Shown here piece after piece: positions 16,337 through 24,110 of a DNA stretch of 64,000 nucleotides (position 1 is the first letter of the stretch; each line of letters starts with the position of its first letter). Under the pieces are notes generated by a model that was given only the letters and a program-made list of their open reading frames with translations, searched no databases and was not told the DNA's origin. The stretch comes from Acidimicrobiia bacterium. GTDB lineage: Bacteria > Actinomycetota > Acidimicrobiia > Acidimicrobiales > Aldehydirespiratoraceae. Location of the stretch: positions 514 to 64,513 of the forward strand of contig JAJEJB010000003.1 in the NCBI GenBank assembly GCA_022828135.1, written 5' to 3'. The translations under genes and the position numbers were made by a program.

Positions 16337-17836
16337 CTAGAGGCCGGCGGCGGTGCTGGCGAGGGATTCCAGCACGCCGGGGACTATGCCCATGGCCACC
16401 GTCAACAGCACCGCGGCCACGATCACCGCTCCTGCGCCGAGGCCGATAGCGGGCTTGGACGCTTCGGCCACCGTCTCAGCTTCGTCGCCAGAGTCGCGGA
16501 AGTACATGGCCACCACCACCCGCAGGTAGGCGAAGGCTGCGACCACCGCGCTCACCATGGCCACCACCGCCAGCCAGTACGAGCGGGCCTCGACGGCCGC
16601 GGCGATGACCGAGAACTTGGCCACGAAGCCCGACGTGAACGGCACGCCCGCCTGAGCCAGCAGCAGGATCGTCAGACCCAGCGCCAGCGCCGGACGGCGG
16701 GCGCCCAGGCCGGCCAGGGTGTCCAGGCCGGTGCGGTCGTCGTCCTGTCCCGACAGCACGCCCACCACCGTGAAGCTGCCCACCGCGATCACTGCGTAGG
16801 CCGCCAGGTAGAACATGACCGAGGCCACACCCGAATCGGAGGCCGCCTGCACGCCCAAGAGGATGAAGCCCGCGTGCGAGACTGACGAGTAGGCGAGGAT
16901 CCGCTTGGCATCGCTCTGGACCGCGGCCAGGACCGATCCAACCGCCAGGGTGGCGCAGGCCAGCGCGAACACGGCCGGTCGCCAGTCGTCGGCTCGCACG
17001 CCCAGGGCCTCCACGAAGACCCGGATGAGCGCAGCGAAGCCTGCGGCCTTCACTGCCGAGGCCATGAGAGCCGTCACCGGCGTCGGCGCGCCCACGTAGA
17101 CGTCGGGCGCCCAGGTATGGAACGGGGCTGCGGCCACCTTGAAGCCCAGGCCCACCAGCAGCATGGCCAGGCCGGCCAGAAGCATCCCGTCGCGAAGCAC
17201 GATGTAGGTGTCGAGATAGTCGCCGATCCCGTCCAGGTTGGTGGTGCCCGTCGCGCCGTAGACCAGGGCGATGCCGAACAGCAGGAACGCGGTGGAGAAG
17301 GCGCCCAGGACGAAGTACTTGAGACCGGCCTCCAGCGATTCGAGCCGGCGCAGGTTGAGTGCGGCCATCACATAGGCCGCAATGGACATGGTCTCGAGCC
17401 CCAGGAACAGCACGATGAGATCGGCCGCTCCGGCCATTACCACCGCGCCGGCCGCGGCCAGCAGGATCAGCACGCACAGTTCCGCGCTGGCGACCCCGAC
17501 GCGCTTGCAGTACCGGGGAAGGGTCGGAGCGGCCAGAGCCACCGCACCGAGAATCACCGCGGTCACGAACAGCGCCAACCGGTCCATCACCAGTTCGCGG
17601 CCGAAGGCCGAGACGTCTGCGTCCCGCTGCCACAGGACGGCTACCGAGACGAGACCGGCCACCGCCACCGCGAACGTCCAGACCGCATCCAGCACCGCGG
17701 GCATCAGCCGGCTCGGCACCAGCGAGCGCGCTATCAGCAGCACCAGCGCGCCGGCGGCGGGCAGCAGAACCGGCAGCAGCCCCGTCCAGTTGACGTCGGG
17801 CGTCTGCACCGGAAGCTGCGCCAGCACCGTGACCAT
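16337..17836 (-). CDS. nuoN: NADH-quinone oxidoreductase subunit N (copy 2, complete operon)
   Basis: 499-aa polytopic protein with LFLGLETMSIAAYVMAAL, LKYFVLGAFSTAFLLFGIALVYG and FHTWAPDVYVGAPTPVTA, which are NuoN/ND2 signatures. Confidence 0.93.
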   Translation of the reverse strand: MVTVLAQLPVQTPDVNWTGLLPVLLPAAGALVLLIARSLVPSRLMPAVLDAVWTFAVAVAGLVSVAVLWQRDADVSAFGRELVMDRLALFVTAVILGAVALAAPTLPRYCKRVGVASAELCVLILLAAAGAVVMAGAADLIVLFLGLETMSIAAYVMAALNLRRLESLEAGLKYFVLGAFSTAFLLFGIALVYGATGTTNLDGIGDYLDTYIVLRDGMLLAGLAMLLVGLGFKVAAAPFHTWAPDVYVGAPTPVTALMASAVKAAGFAALIRVFVEALGVRADDWRPAVFALACATLAVGSVLAAVQSDAKRILAYSSVSHAGFILLGVQAASDSGVASVMFYLAAYAVIAVGSFTVVGVLSGQDDDRTGLDTLAGLGARRPALALGLTILLLAQAGVPFTSGFVAKFSVIAAAVEARSYWLAVVAMVSAVVAAFAYLRVVVAMYFRDSGDEAETVAEASKPAIGLGAGAVIVAAVLLTVAMGIVPGVLESLASTAAGL

Positions 17837-19461
17837 CAGCCACCGCCCCCGTCATGTTCGGAGCCGCCGTTGTGGTCGGTCTCGTCAGTCGACCGGGACA
17901 GGTCCTCGAGGCTCACGGAGGGATGCACGTCGGCGACGGGCTCGGCAAAGCCGGCGACATTGTCCTCGACATGGGCGATGATGGCGTCCACCGCCGGCTC
18001 GACCCGCTCGATCACCGGCTTGGGATAGACGCCCATGAACACGATGGCCGCGATGAACGGCGCCATCACCAGGCCCTCGCGCCAGCGCAGGTCCGGCATC
18101 TCCGCGTTGGCGCCCGAAGCCGGCCCGTGGAACACCCGCTGGTAGGCCCACAGCAGGTACACCGCGGCCAGGATCACGCCCGCAGCCGCGACCACTGCCC
18201 ACCAGCGGTGGGCGTTGAAGGCGCCCAGCAGCACCAGCAGCTCGCCGACGAAGCCGTTGAGGCCCGGCAGCCCGACCGACGACAGCATCACCACCATGAA
18301 CACCGCGGCCAGCAGCGGCGCCGGCTTCTGCAAGCCGCCGAGCTCGGAGATCTCTCGGGTGTGGCGACGCTCGTAGATCATCCCCACCAGCAGGAACAGC
18401 GCCCCGGTGGACACTCCGTGGTTCACCATCTGCAGCACGCCCCCGGTCAGGCCCTCGGTGTTGAGCGCGAAGGTGCCAATCACGATGAAGCCGAGATGGG
18501 CCACCGAGGAGTAGGCCACCAGCCGCTTGAGGTCCCGCTGCATGGCCGCGGCGATGGCGCCGTAGATGATGCCGATCACGCCCAGCGTGATCATCAGCGG
18601 CGCGAAGTACACCGACGCCTCGGGGAACAGGTACAGGCCGAACCGGACCAGGCCGTAGGTGCCGAGCTTCAGCATCACCGCGGCCAGGATCACCGAGCCC
18701 GCGGTGGGCGCGTTGGTGTGGGCGTCGGGGAGCCAGGTGTGCACCGGGAACAGCGGCACCTTCACCGCGAAGGCCAGGGCGAAGGCCAGGAACAGCCAGC
18801 GTGCCGTGTTGGTGGCCAAGAGTTGATTGTTGGCGATGGTCACCAGATCGAAGGTGACATCACCGCCATTGCCGGATGAGTGCAGGAACGCCAGGGCCAC
18901 GATGGCCACCAGCATCAGGGCCGAGCCGAACATGGTGAAAAGGAAGAACTTGGTCGCCGCGTAGGCCCTCCGCCCGTGGCCCCAACCCCCGATCAGGAAG
19001 TACATCGGCACCAGCACGATCTCGAAGAAGACGAAGAACATGATCAGATCGAGGGCCACGAAGGTGCCCAGGCAGCCCGCCTCCAGCACCAGCATCCAGG
19101 CGTAATAGGCCTTGGGCGAGTGCTCGGCGTCCACGCCGACGATGGCCAGCGGGAAGATCAGCGCGGTCATCACCACCAGGAACAGCGACAGCCCGTCCAC
19201 CCCGACCTGCCACGAGATGCCCCAACCCGAGATCCACTCGTACTGCTGCCAGTACTGGAAGATGGCGGCGGAGCCGGCGTCGAACTCGGCGAGAACCCAC
19301 ACCGCCAGGACCGCGGACACCGTCGAGGCCACCAGCGCGACCGGCTTGAACAGGTCGGGTCGGGTTCGGGGCATCGCCAGCAACACCAGAGCCCCCGCCA
19401 CCGGGACCAGCACCAGCACGGTCAAAGCGGCCGGGAAGGACGTTGAAGCGAACGAGCCCAT
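17836..19461 (-). CDS. nuoM: NADH-quinone oxidoreductase subunit M (copy 2), with acidic C-terminal tail
   Basis: 541-aa product with VHTWLPDAHTNAPTAGSVILAAVMLKLGTYG and AYSSVAHLGF. It carries an extra hydrophilic tail of about 60 aa ending ...TDETDHNGGSEHDGGGG. Confidence 0.93.
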   Translation of the reverse strand: MGSFASTSFPAALTVLVLVPVAGALVLLAMPRTRPDLFKPVALVASTVSAVLAVWVLAEFDAGSAAIFQYWQQYEWISGWGISWQVGVDGLSLFLVVMTALIFPLAIVGVDAEHSPKAYYAWMLVLEAGCLGTFVALDLIMFFVFFEIVLVPMYFLIGGWGHGRRAYAATKFFLFTMFGSALMLVAIVALAFLHSSGNGGDVTFDLVTIANNQLLATNTARWLFLAFALAFAVKVPLFPVHTWLPDAHTNAPTAGSVILAAVMLKLGTYGLVRFGLYLFPEASVYFAPLMITLGVIGIIYGAIAAAMQRDLKRLVAYSSVAHLGFIVIGTFALNTEGLTGGVLQMVNHGVSTGALFLLVGMIYERRHTREISELGGLQKPAPLLAAVFMVVMLSSVGLPGLNGFVGELLVLLGAFNAHRWWAVVAAAGVILAAVYLLWAYQRVFHGPASGANAEMPDLRWREGLVMAPFIAAIVFMGVYPKPVIERVEPAVDAIIAHVEDNVAGFAEPVADVHPSVSLEDLSRSTDETDHNGGSEHDGGGG

Positions 19462-21339
19462 CTAGAAGCTCGTCCTGGCGAGGAACCACAACAGCAGCGC
19501 GACCGCGCCGGCCGCGGTCAGCAGCGCGTACGACCGCACGAAGCCCGTCTGCACCCGCCGCGCCCATGCGCCGCCGGCCCGCACCGAGCGGCCCACGCCG
19601 TCCACCGCGCCGTCCACGACGTTGGCGTCGAAGGCGGCGACCCCCTCGAAGGCCCGCCGGCCCGGCCCGCCCACGAAGCGGGTCCACGCCTCGTCGACGT
19701 AGAAGGCCCGGGCCGCGGCCGGCAACTCCACGCGGCTGGCCGGCAGCCGGTGCTGCAGATACACAGCCACCGCACCCGCGATCCCGATCGCGGCGCCGGC
19801 CATCGACACCAGCGCCAGCAGCCACTGGGCCCCGCCGCCCAGGCTCAGGTGGGCCTCGTTGCCGAACAGCGAGGGCTCCAGCCACGCCCCCATGAAGTGA
19901 AGGTCCTTGGTGAACGGCAGGTTGAGCCCCCCGGCCACCACGGCGGCGCCGGCCAGCACCACCAGGGGCGCTGTCATCAGGCGCGACGGCTCATGGGGAT
20001 GGGCGTCGGTGCCGTGGCGGGCCTCGCCGTAGAAGGTCATGAACACCAGCCGGCTCATGTAGAAGGCGGTCAGCACCGCAGTGACGATCCCCACCAACCA
20101 CAGCGCCGGGCTGCTGTCCCAGGCGTAGGCCAGGATCTCGTCCTTGGACCAGAAGCCCGCGAACGGCGGTACCCCGGCAATGGCCAGCCAGCCCACGATG
20201 AACGTGACCGCGGTGACCGGCATGGCGGCTCGCAGCGCGCCGTAGCGGCGCATGTCCTGGTCGCCGTCGAGTGCGTGGATGACCGAGCCGGACCCGAGGA
20301 ACAGCAGCGCCTTGAAGAAGGCGTGGGTGACCATGTGGAAGATGGCGGCCACGTAAGCCCCCGTGCCGACGGCCAGCATCATGTAGCCGAGCTGGCTGAT
20401 AGTCGAGTAGGCCAGCACTTTCTTGATGTCGTTCTGGGCCATGGCCGCACCGGCCGCGAACAAGGCGGTGGCCACGCCCACCCACGCGATCACGCCGGGC
20501 GCCCAGGCGTCGGCCGCGGCGATCAGCGGGTTGACCCGCACCATCAAGTAGACGCCGGCAGTGACCATGGTGGCCGCGTGTATGAGCGCCGACACCGGGG
20601 TGGGGCCGGCCATGGCATCGGGCAGCCAGATGTAGAGCGGCAGCTGGGCCGACTTTCCGGCCGCGCCCAGGAAGAGCAGGATCACGATGGCGGTCGCAGT
20701 GGTCGACGACAGCGAACCGGCCTGGCCGAACAGGTCCAGGTAGCGCACCGACCCCAGCGCTCCGAAGGCCCAGAACATGGCCAGCATGAAGCCCCAGTCG
20801 CCGACCCGGTTGGTGATGAAGGCCTTCTTGCCCGCAGTGGCGTTGGCCTCGTCGGTGAACCAGAACGAGATGAGCAGGTAGGAGCACACCCCCACGCCCT
20901 CCCAGCCGAGGAAGGTGAGGGCCAGGCTGTCGCCCAGCACAAGCACCAGCATCGAGAAGGCGAACAGGTTGAGATAGACGAAGAACTTCGAGAAGTCGCC
21001 GTCGCCGTGCATGTAGCCGATGGCGTAGAGGTGGATGAGGGCCCCCACCCCGGTGACGAACAGTGCCATCGTCACCGACAGGGGATCGACGAGCAGTCCG
21101 GCGTCGACCGAGAAATCACCGGCCGGGACCCACTCGAACAGGGTGACCACGAAGCGGCGCTCGGCCGGATCGCGGCCCATCAGGCTGAAGAAGACAGCCA
21201 CCGAGGACACGAACGAGCCGGCCATTGCCAGGGTCGCCACCCACCCGGCGCGGGGCTCGCCGAGGCGGCGGCCCAGCGCCAACAGCACGGCGAAGCCGGC
21301 CAGCGGGAAGGCGCAGATGAGCCAGGCGGCCTCGAGCAT
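19462..21339 (-). CDS. nuoL: NADH-quinone oxidoreductase subunit L (copy 2)
   Basis: 625-aa product with MLEAAWLICAFPLAGF..., WLPDAMAGPTPVSALIHAATMVTAGVY and AYSTISQLGYM. Confidence 0.95.
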   Translation of the reverse strand: MLEAAWLICAFPLAGFAVLLALGRRLGEPRAGWVATLAMAGSFVSSVAVFFSLMGRDPAERRFVVTLFEWVPAGDFSVDAGLLVDPLSVTMALFVTGVGALIHLYAIGYMHGDGDFSKFFVYLNLFAFSMLVLVLGDSLALTFLGWEGVGVCSYLLISFWFTDEANATAGKKAFITNRVGDWGFMLAMFWAFGALGSVRYLDLFGQAGSLSSTTATAIVILLFLGAAGKSAQLPLYIWLPDAMAGPTPVSALIHAATMVTAGVYLMVRVNPLIAAADAWAPGVIAWVGVATALFAAGAAMAQNDIKKVLAYSTISQLGYMMLAVGTGAYVAAIFHMVTHAFFKALLFLGSGSVIHALDGDQDMRRYGALRAAMPVTAVTFIVGWLAIAGVPPFAGFWSKDEILAYAWDSSPALWLVGIVTAVLTAFYMSRLVFMTFYGEARHGTDAHPHEPSRLMTAPLVVLAGAAVVAGGLNLPFTKDLHFMGAWLEPSLFGNEAHLSLGGGAQWLLALVSMAGAAIGIAGAVAVYLQHRLPASRVELPAAARAFYVDEAWTRFVGGPGRRAFEGVAAFDANVVDGAVDGVGRSVRAGGAWARRVQTGFVRSYALLTAAGAVALLLWFLARTSF

Positions 21340-21340
21340 C

Positions 21341-21658
21341 TCAGCCCTTCAGAAGCGAAACGTCGTCGGCCGTGGCGCCCGAGCGCCGCCGGTTGATGGC
21401 CACCACCAAAGCGAGGCCGATCACCACCTCGGTGGCCGCCACCACCAGCACGAAGAACACCGCGACCTGACCACCCACGTCATTGAGGCCGGCACCGAGT
21501 GCCACGAAGGCCACGTTCACCGCGTTGAGCATCAGTTCCACGCACATGAACATCACGAGCGGGTTCCGCCTCACCAGCAGGCCCAGCCCGCCGATGGCGA
21601 AGAGCGCTACCGCCAGCGCCAGGTACCAACCCGTCGACAGTCCGGCCAGATCCATCAT
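21341..21658 (-). CDS. nuoK: NADH-quinone oxidoreductase subunit K (copy 2)
   Basis: 105-aa product with RRNPLVMFMCVELMLNAVNVAF...VVAATEVVIGLALVV. Confidence 0.92.
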   Translation of the reverse strand: MMDLAGLSTGWYLALAVALFAIGGLGLLVRRNPLVMFMCVELMLNAVNVAFVALGAGLNDVGGQVAVFFVLVVAATEVVIGLALVVAINRRRSGATADDVSLLKG

Positions 21659-22236
21659 GTCTCCCGCACGGTTGTCTCCGCGGAGGTGGATCCATCGGAA
21701 CGGGATGTCCGGCGAGTCAGGATCACGGCGCCCACCACGGCCACGGTCAGCAGCGCCGCGGTGATCTCCACCGCAAAGGCGAACTCACTGAACAGCACCC
21801 GACCCATGCGCTCGATGTCGGTGGCGTCGCCATCGAGAGCCCGGTCGCCGCCAGCGCGACGCAGCCCGGTGAGCACGTCAGCGCCAGTGATGACAACCGT
21901 TCCCAACACCGCGACCAGGGCCGCACCGACAACGGCAGCCAGCGGTCGCTGCCCGAAGATGGGCTCGATTCGCAATTCCTCGGCCTTGTCGACGCCCAGC
22001 AGCATGATGACGAACAGGAAGAGGATCACGATGGCACCGGCGTACACGACCACCTGGACCGCGGCCAGAAAGTGAGCGTCGTTCAGCACGAACAGCACGG
22101 CCACCCCGACCAGCGTCTGGACCAGGAACAGGGCGGCGTGCACCGGGTTGCGGCTGGCCACCACACCGACAGCGCCAACCAGAATGATCACCGCCGAGAC
22201 GACGAACACGGCCTCAGCCACCGCTCGGCTCCTCAT
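21655..22236 (-). CDS. nuoJ: NADH-quinone oxidoreductase subunit J (copy 2)
   Basis: 193-aa product with SRNPVHAALFLVQTLVGVAVLFVLNDAHFLAAVQVVVYAGAIVILFLFVIMLLG. Confidence 0.9.
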   Translation of the reverse strand: MRSRAVAEAVFVVSAVIILVGAVGVVASRNPVHAALFLVQTLVGVAVLFVLNDAHFLAAVQVVVYAGAIVILFLFVIMLLGVDKAEELRIEPIFGQRPLAAVVGAALVAVLGTVVITGADVLTGLRRAGGDRALDGDATDIERMGRVLFSEFAFAVEITAALLTVAVVGAVILTRRTSRSDGSTSAETTVRET

Positions 22237-22837
22237 CGGCCGGCTCAGCGTCGCGCACGCCGTAGCCGAGCTCGCCGGACCAGGCCACCTCGCCCACGTA
22301 GCGGTGATCGCCGGAGGGCGAGGTGGCCCGCATCCAGCCTGAGGTCAGCGCGTCGTCGCCCTCGCGCCAGTCCTCCCACGGCATCCGGCGGGGCTGGCCG
22401 TCGTCGTCCACCAGCAGCTCGTCCTTGGTGTAGATGGCGTCGTCGCGGCTGGTGAACGAGAACTCGAACAGCTTCGACTCGGTGATGGCCTGGGTGGGGC
22501 AGGCCTCCACGCACAGATCGCAATGGATGCAGCGCAGGTAGTTGATCTCGTACACGTAGCCGTAGCGCTCGCCCGGCGCGACCGGATCGTCGGGATCGTT
22601 GTCGGCGCCGCGCACGTAGATGCAGTCGGCCGGGCACACGCCCGCGCACAGTTCACAGCCGATGCACTTCTCCATGCCGTCGTCGTAGCGGTTGAGCACG
22701 TGGCGACCGTGCAGCCGTTCCGGCTTGGGCCGCTTGACGTCCTTGGGCGAGTCGTCGAAGCCGCCCCGGTAGTCGGTGGTGACCCGGGGCAGGAACAGTT
22801 GGCGCAGGGTGACGGCGAAACCGTGCAGGTAACCCAT
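22214..22837 (-). CDS. nuoI: NADH-quinone oxidoreductase subunit I (copy 2), 2x[4Fe-4S]
   Basis: The start was trimmed to the ATG at 22835-22837 (MGYLHGFAVTLRQLF), immediately after the nuoH stop (22839-22841). It contains CIGCELCAGVCP and CIHCDLCVEACP. The C-terminal tail is longer than usual. Confidence 0.9.
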   Translation of the reverse strand: MGYLHGFAVTLRQLFLPRVTTDYRGGFDDSPKDVKRPKPERLHGRHVLNRYDDGMEKCIGCELCAGVCPADCIYVRGADNDPDDPVAPGERYGYVYEINYLRCIHCDLCVEACPTQAITESKLFEFSFTSRDDAIYTKDELLVDDDGQPRRMPWEDWREGDDALTSGWMRATSPSGDHRYVGEVAWSGELGYGVRDAEPADEEPSGG

Positions 22838-22838
22838 A

Positions 22839-24110
22839 TCAGGCCCTGTCCTCGACCGGGTCGGACTGCTCATCGGCGCGGGCGGCCTCGCTGTCACGGA
22901 TGCCGCGCCCGCTTCGCACCGCCCGGACCAGCAGAAGGGCCGCTCCGGCGAACACCAGCAGCGACACGACGGTGACCGCGGCCTCGCTCCAGCCCTGCTC
23001 GCGGCCCACGTCCAGGGCGGTCAGGAACAGGAACCAGCCCAGCGCCACCGGTATGAGAGCCTTCCATCCGAGGTCCATGAGCTGGTCGTAGCGGAACCGG
23101 GGCAGCGTGGCCCGCATCCATACGAAGCAGAACAGCAGCACGAACAGTTTCAGGAAGAACCAGACCACGCCCCACGCCCAGGCGATGCCGACGCCGCCCA
23201 CCTCGCTCACCAGCACCGGACCGGCCGGCCCGCCGAAGAACAGGGTGACGATGATGGCCGACATCGTGATCGTGTTCATGAACTCGGCCAGGAAGAACAG
23301 CGCGAAGCGGATCGACGAGTACTCGGTATGGAACCCGCCCACGAGCTCCTGCTCGGCCTCGACCAGGTCGAAGGGCGGGCGGTTGAGCTCGGCCGTGCCT
23401 GCGATCATGAACACGATGAAGGGCACCAGTCCGGTGACGATCACGTTCCAGCGGGGGATGATGCCGAAGTACCCCTCGGCCGCCTGCGCAACCACCATGT
23501 CATGGGTGGACAGGCCTCCGGTCACCAGCACGATGGATGCCACCGCCAGACCCAGCGCGGCTTCGTAGCTCACCATCTGCGCCGACGCCCGCACCGATCC
23601 CAGCAGGGGGTACTTGGACCCCGACGACCACCCGGCCAGCATCACCCCGTAGACGGCCACCGAGCTCATGGCCAGGAAGAGCAGGATCCCGATCGGCGGG
23701 TCGGCCACCTGGAGGTAGGTGGTGCGACCCCACCATTCGACCTGCCCAGCGTTGTTGAAGTCTCCGCCCAGCGGAACGATGGCGAAGGCCAGGAAGGCCG
23801 GGATGAGCGACAGGTACGGCGCCAGCTTGAACACGAACCGGTCCGACCGGTCCGGCACCAAGTCCTCCTTGAAGAAGAGCTTCGTGCCGTCGGCGAGGGT
23901 CTGCAGGATGCCGAAGGGTCCGGCGATCGTGGGCCCGAACCGCTGGTGCATCCCTCCCAGCAGCTTGCGCTCGAACCAGATCATCAGCATCACGGCCACC
24001 AGCAGGAACGCGAAGGCCACCACCACCTTGGCCAGCGTCAACACGACCTCGACCAGGCCGATGTCGCCGGCCAGCATGGGATCGGCGGCCAGCACGAGGG
24101 TGCCGCTCAT
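22839..24110 (-). CDS. nuoH: NADH-quinone oxidoreductase subunit H (copy 2), with extra C-terminal TM plus hydrophilic tail
   Basis: 423-aa product with WFERKLLGGMHQRFGPTIAGPFGILQTLADGTKLFFKEDLVP and EYSSIRFALFFLAEFMN. The tail reads ...SGRGIRDSEAARADEQSDPVEDRA. Confidence 0.93.
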   Translation of the reverse strand: MSGTLVLAADPMLAGDIGLVEVVLTLAKVVVAFAFLLVAVMLMIWFERKLLGGMHQRFGPTIAGPFGILQTLADGTKLFFKEDLVPDRSDRFVFKLAPYLSLIPAFLAFAIVPLGGDFNNAGQVEWWGRTTYLQVADPPIGILLFLAMSSVAVYGVMLAGWSSGSKYPLLGSVRASAQMVSYEAALGLAVASIVLVTGGLSTHDMVVAQAAEGYFGIIPRWNVIVTGLVPFIVFMIAGTAELNRPPFDLVEAEQELVGGFHTEYSSIRFALFFLAEFMNTITMSAIIVTLFFGGPAGPVLVSEVGGVGIAWAWGVVWFFLKLFVLLFCFVWMRATLPRFRYDQLMDLGWKALIPVALGWFLFLTALDVGREQGWSEAAVTVVSLLVFAGAALLLVRAVRSGRGIRDSEAARADEQSDPVEDRA